Below the pieces are notes generated by a model that saw only the letters and a list, made by a program, of their open reading frames with translations, had not been told where the DNA came from and ran no database searches. Positions 52,175 to 62,431 of a stretch of DNA of 64,000 nt are shown here, one piece after another. Each line of letters opens with the position of its first letter. Position 1 is the stretch's first letter. The stretch spans positions 832,001 through 896,000 of the forward strand of contig CBDCYI010000005.1 of the NCBI GenBank assembly GCA_965224085.1. Direction: 5' to 3'. The position numbers were made by a program, and so were the translations under genes. This DNA comes from Candidatus Marinacidobacterales bacterium. GTDB lineage: Bacteria > Acidobacteriota > Vicinamibacteria > Marinacidobacterales > SMYC01.

Positions 52175-52585
52175 TTACGGTTGTTTCTCGCGCTCGGCCG
52201 CTTTGCTTTTGAGCGCACGCCCTTTGTCCGGAGTCGGATCGTCCACGGAGCCGTAGATGCCGCGACCTTCGTGTTCTTCGGGGAGATATTCCGTGATCGG
52301 TTGTCCCTCTTCGTTCACGAAGAGCAGACAATGACAGTATTTGTAGATCTGCATGTCGTCGCACGGGCAGAGCCATGTCCGATGCTTGATCTCTTCTTGC
52401 TTGTCGGGGTAGAAACGGCACGGGCATAGCGGTCTTCCCAGCTCGTCGACATGCCGGGCAAGACCGAGCACCACCGCCTCGGTGATCGTTTCGTCGGGAT
52501 GCGTGGTAGTGCCCGATTTCTTGGTGTAGCTGTCTACGAGATTTTCCATGCGCGCCATGCTCCGCGCACTTGGTCTTTTCGCCAT
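52175..52585 (-). CDS. Ferredoxin-thioredoxin reductase catalytic subunit-like protein
   Basis: CPC, CPC and CHC motifs (PLCPCR, WLCPCD, YCHCLLF). Confidence 0.9.
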   Translation of the reverse strand: MAKRPSARSMARMENLVDSYTKKSGTTTHPDETITEAVVLGLARHVDELGRPLCPCRFYPDKQEEIKHRTWLCPCDDMQIYKYCHCLLFVNEEGQPITEYLPEEHEGRGIYGSVDDPTPDKGRALKSKAAEREKQP

Positions 52586-52600
52586 CTTCTCTACCCTATG

Positions 52601-52710
52601 CTTAGTGCTCTCTCTCTTGACCTTGCGCGAAGCTCGCGGGGCGTGTCGTCGGCCTACTCAGGCCGGGCTCGCTCCGCTCGCGGGGTGCAGATGACCTTTC
52701 AGCATCCTGC
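52601..52710 (-). repeat. ~110-bp structured intergenic repeat, copy 1
   Basis: Homologous to 59912-60028; two internal hairpins. Confidence 0.8.
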
Positions 52711-52719
52711 CAGTGCCCA

Positions 52720-53457
52720 TTATATCTTTTCCATCTCGGTGCGGCGGATCCAGCCGGCGAGGCCGTTCGCGAGCGTGACCTGGAACCAGTCTTCACGCTC
52801 CGCTATCACGCGAACTTTGAGACCTTCGTGAACTTCCGCAAGGCGCGGACTGCCTTCGCCCGGGCCACTGCGCACATAGGCGTTGTCCGTGAGCACGATG
52901 GCTTCGACGCGATTCGCTTCGGCATTCAACTTAGCCAGGAGTGTCGCCCCCGATAAGAACGCCGTCGAACCACACAGGACGAGCGCCGAGATGGCCGCGG
53001 TGCGCCAGCTCGGCCACGCGTCGTAAAGAAAGATCGTCAACAAGGCGCCTGCTAGCACGAAAGAAAGACTCAGTACCCGTGCAAGGGTGTCGGGACGCAC
53101 GCGCTGGTAAAGCCTGACAAGCCAGCGGATCACGAGCGGTAGAGGCGCGGGCTCGACCGCGTCCGCGATCAGCTCAGTGGCAAAGGTCAAGTTTGTTCTC
53201 GTCTCTTCGTCGCCTGGCATGAGCTTGAGCGCACGCTCGTAGTTCAGAACCGCAAGGCCAATCTTTCCCGCCTTGAAATAGGCGTTGCCGAGGTTGTAGT
53301 AGAGAACGCCGTCTTCGATCGACAGGGCGCGCATCGCTTCGTACGCGACGATGGCGTCGTCGAAACGCTGCTCTTGGTAATGCGCCTCCGCGCGCGCGAA
53401 GGCCTCTTGCGGAGATTCAATCGCGACTTGAAGCAAGATCACGACGAACCAGGACAT
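52720..53457 (-). CDS. batE: BatE-like TPR and SH3 protein
   Basis: YYNLGNAYFK, VRSGP..HEGLKV..GWI. Confidence 0.85.
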   Translation of the reverse strand: MSWFVVILLQVAIESPQEAFARAEAHYQEQRFDDAIVAYEAMRALSIEDGVLYYNLGNAYFKAGKIGLAVLNYERALKLMPGDEETRTNLTFATELIADAVEPAPLPLVIRWLVRLYQRVRPDTLARVLSLSFVLAGALLTIFLYDAWPSWRTAAISALVLCGSTAFLSGATLLAKLNAEANRVEAIVLTDNAYVRSGPGEGSPRLAEVHEGLKVRVIAEREDWFQVTLANGLAGWIRRTEMEKI

Positions 53458-53458
53458 C

Positions 53459-55255
53459 TTAGAACTGCCGCTCCATCGAAACGATGAGCGCTTCGGCGCG
53501 CCTGAGCAGCGCGGTCATCTCCTCCTTCGTCCGAGCGCCCGGCGTGAAGCGCGCTTCTTCGCAGGCCGCAAGCACGGTGGCAAACCCCGTTCGGAGAACG
53601 TCATCGACGCGGCTTGCTTCGAGATGCTCGTCGATGCTCTCCATCGTGAGCCCCGAAGGACTCACGGATTTCTTGTCACCAACATAGCGATAGAGAGCCG
53701 CCGCGATTTCTTCGTAGAAATCCTTCGAGCCTTTCGACGCGAGCTTCGAGGCACTCTTCAGCCGTCCTCGAGCCATCCCGTGCGCGCGCCGGCTGCGGAA
53801 GAGCGTCGAGTGCGTCTTTTCTCGCTCTTTCCTTTTGAGGTAGAGCATGAAGCCGACGTTCCAAAACACGGGAAAGACCAGGCTCGCATAGAAAAGAAAG
53901 CTTCCGTAGAACCGTAATGTCGACACGCCCAGGCTGGCGGGCGCATCTTTGAGATAACGAATGTCCTCGCGAAGCAATTTGACATCCCCGCGAGGCGTCA
54001 CGATAGACGTCGCAGCGTTCGCCGAAGTCGAGGCGGCGGTGCCGGACACGCGCAGCAGCACGGGTCCCGCGGAGGCATTGGCATATTTGCTCGTGCTCGG
54101 GTCGAAATATTGAAAATTCCACGGCCCGATTTCCTTCGTGCCAGAGGACTCGGGCACGAGCACGTATTCCCACGTCTTCTCTCCAGCGAAGCCTGCCCCC
54201 GTTGCGCGGAGCTGTTCGTCCATTTTTGGATCGAAAGTGCGAAAGCCGGGCGTGTCCGGAAGCTCGGGAAGCTCGAGCGAGCGCAGATTGCCGCGGCCCC
54301 GGAGCGCGAGGGTCAGTGTCACCGGGTTCCCCGCTTCGACATCGTCATGGCTCAACAACGCGTGGAGCTCGTAGTCTCCCACCGCACCGGTGAAATCGCG
54401 GCCACGCCCCTCCGGCGGGAGCGGTTTCACATCGAGCGTCACCGCGCTCGAACGCAGCACGATCGGCCGTGAGGCTCTCGCGAAAAAGGCGTCGAACGGG
54501 TCCGAGGAGTTGATCCGAAAAGCCATCGACAACGTCAAAGGCGGGATCGTGCCCCCCCCCGTTCTCGCGGGGAAGACGACCCGCTGTTTCATCGGGAAGG
54601 TCAGGTATTCCTGTCCGTTCACGACCTGCCGCTCGATGCTCGGGTTCCCGAGATCGACTTCCTCGACCCAGAACCCGGTCAAGGGAGGGTCGTCATCCAC
54701 TTGAGGGCCGTGCGGCATGTACTTGCTGAACACGCGATAGGTGACGACCACGCCCTCGCCCTGATAGACCGAGCGCTTGGACACGTCGGCCCGGACGAAA
54801 ACGTCCTCGGCCTTAATCTCGGGCTCGCGCCGTCTTTGCTGGCCGAACGGATCGAAACTGCGGCTTCGAGGACGGCGCGGCAGAACCGACCCAGCTACCA
54901 CCTCGACGCGGATGGGCGCGGTCTCGTACGTCCGCCCCTCGACGTCGACAGGAATGGCCAGGATAGTAAAGGTCCCCTCCGACTGCGGTAGCAGTTGATA
55001 AGTGAACGAGCTCGTCGAGGACGTCCGACCGTTCACGATCGAGAATCGGCTGGACGTCGAAGGCCCACTGACCCGAAACCCGTCGATGCTCGGAAACCGC
55101 GGCGTCCCTTTGCCGCCGTTCACCGAAACGGTGAGCTCCAATACGTCGTCGATCCCAATCCGCCGAGCGTTGACGGTGGCCTCCACCGTTACCCGCTGCC
55201 CAAAAGCCAACCCCGCCGCGAGAACGACCAAGCCAACCAAAAGAAAACGCCTCAT
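53459..55255 (-). CDS. batD: BatD-like protein
   Basis: SIVNG, VKPLP..FTGAVG, GRGNL, YFDP; operon context. Confidence 0.87.
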   Translation of the reverse strand: MRRFLLVGLVVLAAGLAFGQRVTVEATVNARRIGIDDVLELTVSVNGGKGTPRFPSIDGFRVSGPSTSSRFSIVNGRTSSTSSFTYQLLPQSEGTFTILAIPVDVEGRTYETAPIRVEVVAGSVLPRRPRSRSFDPFGQQRRREPEIKAEDVFVRADVSKRSVYQGEGVVVTYRVFSKYMPHGPQVDDDPPLTGFWVEEVDLGNPSIERQVVNGQEYLTFPMKQRVVFPARTGGGTIPPLTLSMAFRINSSDPFDAFFARASRPIVLRSSAVTLDVKPLPPEGRGRDFTGAVGDYELHALLSHDDVEAGNPVTLTLALRGRGNLRSLELPELPDTPGFRTFDPKMDEQLRATGAGFAGEKTWEYVLVPESSGTKEIGPWNFQYFDPSTSKYANASAGPVLLRVSGTAASTSANAATSIVTPRGDVKLLREDIRYLKDAPASLGVSTLRFYGSFLFYASLVFPVFWNVGFMLYLKRKEREKTHSTLFRSRRAHGMARGRLKSASKLASKGSKDFYEEIAAALYRYVGDKKSVSPSGLTMESIDEHLEASRVDDVLRTGFATVLAACEEARFTPGARTKEEMTALLRRAEALIVSMERQF

Positions 55256-55274
55256 AAAAGCCCTGAATCCTGAC

Positions 55275-55994
55275 CTACCAATACCGCCCCTTTCCCCGCG
55301 CCTTCGCTTTCTGTTTTTCCTGCTGCTCCATTTGTTGCTGCAGCTCCATCTGGGCGAGCGCTTGAAGAATTTGCTCGGCCTCTTCTTGGCTCATTTCCAT
55401 CGGCCGCGGCTCGGCATTCTGCTCATCGGCATCCTGCTCCTGCGGAGAAGGCTCGGGAGATTTTTCTTGCTCGGTTTGCTCTTCCGAGCTCGCGTCCTCC
55501 TCCTGGTTCTTGTCGTGCGACTGGTCTTCCTCTTCTTTATCCTTGTCCGAGTCGCCGCCACCGCCTTCCTGCTGCTGTTGTTGCTCGGAAAGCTTCTTCA
55601 AAGCAAGCTCGAGATTCTGCCGCGCGTCAATATCATCGGGGTCGACACGTAGCGCGTCGCTATACGACTTGACGGCGTCCTCCCACTCTTCACGGGTGTA
55701 GTGGATGTTGCCCACATTGAAATGCGCGCGCCGCTTGAGCTCGGGCTCGGCATCTAGCGCCATCTTGTACTGCTCGAGCGCTTTGTCGAGATCTTCTTTG
55801 CGAAACTGAACGTTTCCAATGTTGTAGTGGAGCTCGCGTGCATCCGGGTGCCCGACCTGCGCTTGGGTGTAGCTCGTCAGCGCCTCGTCCAGATCCCCGG
55901 CCACATAAGCCTCGTTACCTTCTTTGTTGCTGCCCTCTTCTACAGGCCCGAGAATCTGGGCCACGACCAACAGAGTCAAGCTCCAAAGTTTCAT
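55275..55994 (-). CDS. batC: BatC-like TPR protein
   Basis: TPRs (YNIGN, FNVGN, ARQNLELA), Q/E-rich linker, terminal W. Confidence 0.82.
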   Translation of the reverse strand: MKLWSLTLLVVAQILGPVEEGSNKEGNEAYVAGDLDEALTSYTQAQVGHPDARELHYNIGNVQFRKEDLDKALEQYKMALDAEPELKRRAHFNVGNIHYTREEWEDAVKSYSDALRVDPDDIDARQNLELALKKLSEQQQQQEGGGGDSDKDKEEEDQSHDKNQEEDASSEEQTEQEKSPEPSPQEQDADEQNAEPRPMEMSQEEAEQILQALAQMELQQQMEQQEKQKAKARGKGRYW

Positions 55995-56998
55995 ACAACC
56001 TCCCGTCGTTGCCTCGGTAGGAGCGTATCTGCAAGCAAGAAAGCGATGGCTAATGCCAGCGCCCAATAGTAGCGCTCCCGGTAGCGCGTGAAGAGCTGCG
56101 ACTCCAAGTCCGCACCTTCCATGCCCATCACGAGCGACGTAATACCTTCTATCTCTTCGTCCTTCTCCGAAACGCGAAAATACTCGCCGCCGGTCGCGAG
56201 CGCGAGCTCACCCAGCGTCTTCTCATCGAGACGGCTCAATACCGGCTGCCCCTCCGCGTCACGCACGTAGTCCGAAACCTCGCCACGCTCGTTCCGTACG
56301 GGAATCGGCTCGCCGCCCGGCGTTCCCACGCCGACGGCATGGATCACGATCCCATCTTGGCGCGCCTCTTCGGCCACTGCCAACACGTCCCCGCTTTGCT
56401 GCTCCCCGTCCGTTAGCAGGACGATCACGCGATGTGTGGCGTTGCGAGAGACGAAACCGCGCTTCGCGGCCTCGAGCGCTTGCACGATATTCGTCCCCGG
56501 CTCGGAAATGACTCCCGTCGCCACGGTGTCGAGGAAGAGGCGCGCGGCACCGTAATCGAGCGTCAAAGGGCATTGGACGAAAGAGGTCCCCGAGAAAACA
56601 ACGAGGCCGAGGCGGTTTCCCTGCAGTTGGTCCATGAGCTGCGAGGCGATATAGCGCGCGCGCTCCATCCGCGAAGGAGCCACGTCGGTCGCGTCCATGC
56701 TGAATGACGTGTCGAGTACGAGAAACACATCCACGCCGCGTGCGAAGACTTCCTGCTGCCCTTGACCCCATTGGGGACGTGCGATAGCGAGCACGAGGAA
56801 GAATACCGCCGCACCCACGAGAGCGGGCTTCACAAGCTCACGCGTCGCGCTCACACGGAGCGAGAGCCGCTCGAGAAGCGCCAGATCACCGAGCTTTTCG
56901 ATCGCCTGACGGCGCCTCTTCTTGCTCCAGATGAGAAACCACGCGAGCGCCGGCAGAAGTAGCCACAAATAGAACGCGTCGGGCGTCGCGAATTGCAT
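55991..56998 (-). CDS. batB: BatB-like VWA protein
   Basis: ARPQWG, DTSFSM, PLTLDY, LTDGE. Confidence 0.88.
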   Translation of the reverse strand: MQFATPDAFYLWLLLPALAWFLIWSKKRRRQAIEKLGDLALLERLSLRVSATRELVKPALVGAAVFFLVLAIARPQWGQGQQEVFARGVDVFLVLDTSFSMDATDVAPSRMERARYIASQLMDQLQGNRLGLVVFSGTSFVQCPLTLDYGAARLFLDTVATGVISEPGTNIVQALEAAKRGFVSRNATHRVIVLLTDGEQQSGDVLAVAEEARQDGIVIHAVGVGTPGGEPIPVRNERGEVSDYVRDAEGQPVLSRLDEKTLGELALATGGEYFRVSEKDEEIEGITSLVMGMEGADLESQLFTRYRERYYWALALAIAFLLADTLLPRQRREVV

Positions 56999-57987
56999 CA
57001 GGGATACCTCGCGAGCCTTGTTTTCGACAAGAGCGCTTCAGCGACAAGAAAGCCGAGCGCGAGCATCATAAAATACGGCGCGAGCTCCGAATAGAGCACA
57101 TATTGAATTTGCTCGATCTCTGTCCGCTCGAGCGCGTCGATTTCCTCGTAGACCGCTTCGAGAGATTCCGCATCGCGCGCTCGGAAAAACTGCGCGCCCG
57201 TGATCGTAGCGATCTCCGTTAGCGTTTCCTCATCGATCGAGATCTCGACGTTGCGGTAGACGGTGCCGTAGAGAGGATCGCGGAACGGGTAGGGCACCTC
57301 GCCGCCCCTGCCGACACCCACTGCGTAGACGCGGATGCCAAACGTCTTGGCGAGCTGGGCCGCGGTAATGGGATCGACTTCGCCCGCGGTGTTCTCGCCA
57401 TCGGTAAGAAGGATCATGATGCGGGACTCGGCATCGGATTCTTTCAACCGGTTGACCGCGGAGGCGATCGCGTTCCCGATGGCGGTGCCGTCGGCAATGG
57501 CGCCGATCTGAACGTCCTCCAGCTGCGCCAAGAGGATGTCGTGATCGAGAGTGAGCGGCGTTTTCGTGATCGCGTGACGCGCGAAAACCGTCATCCCGAG
57601 GCGATCGTTATCACGCCGCTTGATGAAATCGGAGACGACGTCCTTGCCGACCGACAGACGGTTGTTGGGTTTGAAGTCTTCCGCGAGCATGCTGCTCGAG
57701 ACATCGATGACGAGCATGATGTCGACGCCCTCGGCATGGATCTCTTCGCCCGCGGCGCCTTGCTGAGGCCGAGCGAGCGCTAGGATCAGGAGCGCCAATG
57801 AGAGCATCCTGAGCGCGAAAGGGACCCACACGAGACGCGCGGAGAGCGAGTGCTCTAGCCGCGCTAGACCCGAAACATCCGAATAGCGGAGCGCGGGGGT
57901 CCGGGCACCGAAGCGCACGCGCACATAGATGAGAAGCGGGACGATCGCGAGCAAGAGTGCGAGCCACGGGTAAGCGAGCCGCGTCAT
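56998..57987 (-). CDS. batA: BatA-like VWA protein
   Basis: LARPQ, DVSSSM, GTAIG, LLTDGEN, IDEETL. Confidence 0.9.
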   Translation of the reverse strand: MTRLAYPWLALLLAIVPLLIYVRVRFGARTPALRYSDVSGLARLEHSLSARLVWVPFALRMLSLALLILALARPQQGAAGEEIHAEGVDIMLVIDVSSSMLAEDFKPNNRLSVGKDVVSDFIKRRDNDRLGMTVFARHAITKTPLTLDHDILLAQLEDVQIGAIADGTAIGNAIASAVNRLKESDAESRIMILLTDGENTAGEVDPITAAQLAKTFGIRVYAVGVGRGGEVPYPFRDPLYGTVYRNVEISIDEETLTEIATITGAQFFRARDAESLEAVYEEIDALERTEIEQIQYVLYSELAPYFMMLALGFLVAEALLSKTRLARYP

Positions 57988-58967
57988 GCGGGCGCCTCCA
58001 TGGGCTCGTTGCTCGATGAAGGTGAAGACGGCGAGCGCGGCGGCGCCGGCTTCGTCGCCCGCACGAGCGCGCGCGCAAGGGCAAAAGAGCTCCGCGCCTC
58101 GTCCTGCTCGGGCATCGTTTTCGCAAACTTCACGAGATCGGCCGCCTCGAGGATGTCGCGGAGGCCTTTGACCGGCTGGTCCCGAAGGTCAGAAAGGATC
58201 TCGTCGGTCGTCCGCTCTAAATACGGTACGTCGAAACGTCTGCCAGCATAACGCTTCATGATGTCGGTCAGTTCCGTGAAAAAGAGCTCGAGCCTGAAAT
58301 TCTCGATGAGTTTTCTCTCCGCCAGGCGTGCGAGCGCGGCTTCCGCTTCGACATCAGGACGCGGCGGAGGCGGGGTCCAGACCGGAGCGGCCTTGGAATC
58401 GAGCTCTTTCCGAAATTTTCTATAAATAATGTAGGCGATGGCCGCCAGAAGGAGCGCCGCCAGAAGCCACCACAGAAGGCTCCAATCTCTCGATACGGTC
58501 AGGACCGCCTGACGCTTGATGTCGTGGATGTCGGTCACGTCCGGCGTCAAAGATGTCACGACGCGGATGGGGACGGGGTCGGTCTCGAGGACCGCTATCT
58601 CGCCGTCGTTCCCCTGGTAGCTCACTTGAAGAGCGCCCACTTCGAGATCGGCCGGAAGCTGATAGGCAGCGACGCGGTAATGCAGTCGGGTCTCGACCGG
58701 GGACACTTCCTCCCGCCAGTGCTCGATGACAGAGAACGGCTCGATCTCTGTTTCCGGCGGCGGCACGAAATGGCCTTCCGGTGGATGCGTGATGGCGAGC
58801 GTCAGGGTCACGTCGTCTCCAACCTCCACTTCCGAAACATCGGTCGAAGCTGACACGGACCACTCGATGGGGCCTTCGGGGATTTCGGCCGCCTCCTCGC
58901 GCGCGCATGCCACGGCGCCGATAACTATGACCAACCAACAAGCCGCGCGTGTCATCGTTGTCGTCAT
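57984..58967 (-). CDS. Bat-operon membrane-anchored hypothetical protein
   Basis: DIHDIK, single TM, ERTTDEI, ADLVKFAK; usual position between DUF58 and batA. Confidence 0.8.
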   Translation of the reverse strand: MTTTMTRAACWLVIVIGAVACAREEAAEIPEGPIEWSVSASTDVSEVEVGDDVTLTLAITHPPEGHFVPPPETEIEPFSVIEHWREEVSPVETRLHYRVAAYQLPADLEVGALQVSYQGNDGEIAVLETDPVPIRVVTSLTPDVTDIHDIKRQAVLTVSRDWSLLWWLLAALLLAAIAYIIYRKFRKELDSKAAPVWTPPPPRPDVEAEAALARLAERKLIENFRLELFFTELTDIMKRYAGRRFDVPYLERTTDEILSDLRDQPVKGLRDILEAADLVKFAKTMPEQDEARSSFALARALVRATKPAPPRSPSSPSSSNEPMEAPA

Positions 58968-58969
58968 CT

Positions 58970-59851
58970 CTAGTGTCTAAGGCGCCTCGCGCGCATCTCG
59001 AAAAAGCGCATGAGCGGACGGTCATAGGGCACATCGGTCTGGACGTCGATGCGATCGATCGCCATGCTCTTGAGCTCGTCCTGTTGTTTCCGGCGGCGCG
59101 CCTCGAAGCCGGCCCGATAGGCTTTCATGGCTTTGCGATCGGACGTATCGAGCAAGAGGGTCCGGCCTGTCTCGGCATCTTCGAGCTCGACGAGGCCGAC
59201 GCCTGGAATCTTGCTCTCTCCGGGATCGGAGATGAATATCGACACCACGTCGTGTTTTTGGGCGGCGATGCGCAGCGGCTTCTCGAACTTCGAGTCGATA
59301 AAATCCGAGAGTACGAAAACCACCGCGCGTTTGCGCGCGATGCGATTCAAGTACTCGCACGCCTTGGCCACGTTGGTCCCCTTCCCTCTCGGCTCGAAGA
59401 AGAGTAAATCGCGGATGACGCGGAGCACGTGGCCGCGGCCTTTACGGGGGGGGATGTACATCTCGACATCGTCCGTGAACACGATGGCGCCGACGCGATC
59501 GTTGTTCTTGATGGCGCTGAACGCGATCAGGGCGCCAATCTCCGCCGCGACTTCGCGCTTGAACCGGGACCGCGTCCCGAAATCGGCGGAGCCACTGGCG
59601 TCGAGCATGAGCAAGACGGTGAGCTCCCGCTCTTCCGTGAATTTCTTGACGTGAAGATTTCCGGTGCGGGACGTGACGTTCCAGTCGATGGTCCGGATGT
59701 CATCTCCTATTTGATACTCGCGCACCTCGGAGAACTCCATCCCGCGCCCTTTGAAGATACTGTGATATTCCCCGGCGAGCGCGTCCGTAACCAAACGCCG
59801 AGTCTTGATCTCGATATGCCGAACCTTCTCGAGAACCTCGCGAGCAAGCAT
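58970..59851 (-). CDS. DUF58 domain protein
   Basis: GMEFSEVREYQIGDDIRTIDWNV; likely start MLARE at 59851. Confidence 0.92.
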   Translation of the reverse strand: MLAREVLEKVRHIEIKTRRLVTDALAGEYHSIFKGRGMEFSEVREYQIGDDIRTIDWNVTSRTGNLHVKKFTEERELTVLLMLDASGSADFGTRSRFKREVAAEIGALIAFSAIKNNDRVGAIVFTDDVEMYIPPRKGRGHVLRVIRDLLFFEPRGKGTNVAKACEYLNRIARKRAVVFVLSDFIDSKFEKPLRIAAQKHDVVSIFISDPGESKIPGVGLVELEDAETGRTLLLDTSDRKAMKAYRAGFEARRRKQQDELKSMAIDRIDVQTDVPYDRPLMRFFEMRARRLRH

Positions 59852-59911
59852 TGAGAAACAGCTAATAGCGCAGCCAGCCGGTAGCCGGCGAAAAACGCAC
59901 GGGCCCCACCA

Positions 59912-60028
59912 GCAGGGTGCTGAAAGGCTCATCTGCACCCTGCGCTCGCTTCGCTCCCCCGGCCCGAAAGGGCCGACGGCACGCCAGCCGAGCTCGGTGC
60001 AAGTTCAAGAGAGAGCGAGCATTGAGCA
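59912..60028 (+). repeat. ~115-bp structured intergenic repeat, copy 2
   Basis: gcagggtgctgaaaggctcatctgcaccc...tcaagagagag matches the reverse complement of 52601-52710. Confidence 0.8.
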
Positions 60029-60030
60029 CA

Positions 60031-61017
60031 CTATGGAACCTCTACCGTGTCGAAAATGCGCTGAATGATCTCCTCGGGCTTCACGTTCTCCGCTTCGGCC
60101 TCGTAGGAAAGGATCAAACGATGGCGCAGAACGTCCGGCCCCACGGACTTCACATCCTCGGGTGTCACGTAACCGCGCGAGCGGATGAACGCGTGGGCCC
60201 GAGCCGCTTGCGCGAGAAAAAGCGTCGCCCTTGGCGAAGCGCCGAACTCGATGAGCGGTGCCAAATCGAGCCCGAGCTCGTCCGGGTTGCGGGTCGCAAA
60301 GACGATCTCGATGATGTACTCCTTGACGCGCTCGTCCATGTATACATTTTCGACGACCGTGCGGGCCTTGATGATGTCGGTGGCGTCGACGACTTTCCTC
60401 GTGCGCGGCTGGTCCTCCTTCGACATGCGGTCGAGGATCTCACGCTCTTGTTTGCGGTTGGGATAGTCGAGCTTGAGCTTGAGCATGAAGCGGTCGACTT
60501 GCGCTTCAGGAAGCGGGTAGGTTCCCTCCTGCTCGATGGGATTTTGTGTCGCGAGCACGACAAAGGGCTCCTCGAGCGGGTAGGTCGTATCGCCGATCGT
60601 GACTTGACGCTCCTGCATCGACTCGAGAAGCGCGCTCTGCACTTTCGCGGGCGCTCGATTGATCTCGTCCGCGAGCAGGAAGTTGGTGAAGATGGGTCCC
60701 TTCTTCGGAACGAACACGCCCTCTTTCTGGTTGTAGATGAGCGTCCCGACGAGGTCTGCCGGCAGCAAATCCGGCGTGAATTGGATCCGCTGAAACCGAG
60801 CGTGGATGGCGTCCGCGAGACTTTGCACGGCGAGCGTTTTCGCAAGCCCGGGAACGCCCTCGAGTAGGACGTGGCCCCGGCTGAGAAGGCCGATTAACAG
60901 CCGGTCCAGCATGTTCTGCTGGCCCACGATGACTTTGCGAAGCTCCGTCAGCAAGGTCTGGACGAAGACGGCTTCTTTTTTGACGGCGTCGTTGATCGCT
61001 TGAATTCCCGTTTCCAT
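60031..61017 (-). CDS. moxR: MoxR-family AAA+ ATPase
   Basis: LLEGVPGLAKT, IQFTPDLLPAD, LADEINRA, GASPR. Confidence 0.95.
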   Translation of the reverse strand: METGIQAINDAVKKEAVFVQTLLTELRKVIVGQQNMLDRLLIGLLSRGHVLLEGVPGLAKTLAVQSLADAIHARFQRIQFTPDLLPADLVGTLIYNQKEGVFVPKKGPIFTNFLLADEINRAPAKVQSALLESMQERQVTIGDTTYPLEEPFVVLATQNPIEQEGTYPLPEAQVDRFMLKLKLDYPNRKQEREILDRMSKEDQPRTRKVVDATDIIKARTVVENVYMDERVKEYIIEIVFATRNPDELGLDLAPLIEFGASPRATLFLAQAARAHAFIRSRGYVTPEDVKSVGPDVLRHRLILSYEAEAENVKPEEIIQRIFDTVEVP

Positions 61018-61146
61018 GACGACTGGGATTATAGCAGAAACACTTTTGCGGCCGCTTAACTCCTTCGCATGCAGCAGCTTGCGTCATTTGCCTTGAGCGA
61101 TCCAAAGCTATATGGTGAGCTTCGAGAAGAAGGAGGGTCAAAGGCC

Positions 61147-62203
61147 ATGACGAAGCAATTTTTTTTTATGTACAGCACTGTTGGGGCTGTTCGCCGTCGC
61201 GGTCGTTTGGGCGCAGAAGGCCGACGTCGTCGCGGGCGAGATGGCCACCGGCGCGAAACACCTTCTCGGCGCGCTAGACGCCGAGCAGCAGAAAACAGCC
61301 ACCATCCCATTCGCCGATGAAGAGCGCTACAACTTCCACTACATCCCGCGCGCGCGTCTCGGCATGTCCTACAAAGATATGGAGCCGGGCCAACGAAAAG
61401 TCGGCCTTTCGCTGCTCGCGAGCGGCCTCAGCGGCCGCGGCATGTCCCAAGCGCTCGACATCATGTATCTCGAGCAAATCCTGTTCGAGCTCGAAAAACA
61501 CCCTCGGCGGGATCCCGACGCCTATTTCTTTACCATCTTCGGGACGCCCGGGGAGTCAGAAGATTGGGGTTGGCGTTTCGAAGGCCACCACCTGTCGCTC
61601 AACTTCACTCTACGCGACGGTCGCATCGTCTCGGCGGCGCCAGCCTTTTGGGGCGTGAATCCAGCCAACGTTGTCGACGGCCCCAATAGAGGGATGCGCG
61701 TTCTCGAGAGCGAAGAGGTTTTGGGTCGCGCGCTCTTGAAATCTTTCGAGAACCGGAACAACGTGATCATCATGGCGGAAGCGCCGAGAGACATCGTCAC
61801 GACCACGGACCGCCGTGTCGAACTGGGAGCACCCGCAGGCGTTTCGCACGAGGACATGAACGCCGCCCAGAGAGAAGCGCTGCTTGCGCTCGTGTCTCAC
61901 TACGCGCAGCGGATGCGCCGGGAAATCGGGCAGTCAACGCTCGAGCGGATTCGCGAGGCGGGTGTCGAGAACATTCACTTCGCCTGGGCTGGCGGCGACG
62001 AGCCGGGAGAGCCGCATTACTACCGTATCCACGGCCCGACATTTCTCGTCGAGTACGACAATACGCAGAACGACGCGAACCACATCCACACCGTATGGCG
62101 CAACCTGGACGCGGACTTCGGGGACGTAGACCTACTATCCGACCACTATGCCCGAAGCCCTCACCACCAGCCCGGCGACCTAGGGGCGCGCGCCGGACAC
62201 TGA
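61147..62203 (+). CDS. DUF3500 domain protein; signal peptide out of frame at a T9 run
   Basis: WRFEGHHLSLN, YYRIHGP, EYDNTQNDANHIH; ATG 61147 after AGGAGG is in frame only with T8. Confidence 0.8.
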
Positions 62204-62431
62204 GCCAAGCGCCAAACACTTCAAAGATGAGGAGCGCGGGAGGCCTCCCGCCGTCGGGGCGGCGGGAGTGCTCCACACGGTTGGGGAGCGACGTTTTGTT
62301 TCAGCATTCAAAGCACCCGGGGCTCGTTCGAGCACGTTGGGGCAAGACTAACCTATCCGACCGTCTATTGCTGTGACGCGGAGCAGGGGCGGAAGCACCA
62401 CGCAAAATGAGGGTGAAAATCCCCCGCCCTG

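Noticed and set aside
62204-62431. Possible ncRNA between the DUF3500 and OMP genes
   Set aside because: The hairpins (e.g. CTCCCGCCG..CGGCGGGAG) are adequately explained as terminators between convergent genes; no second copy
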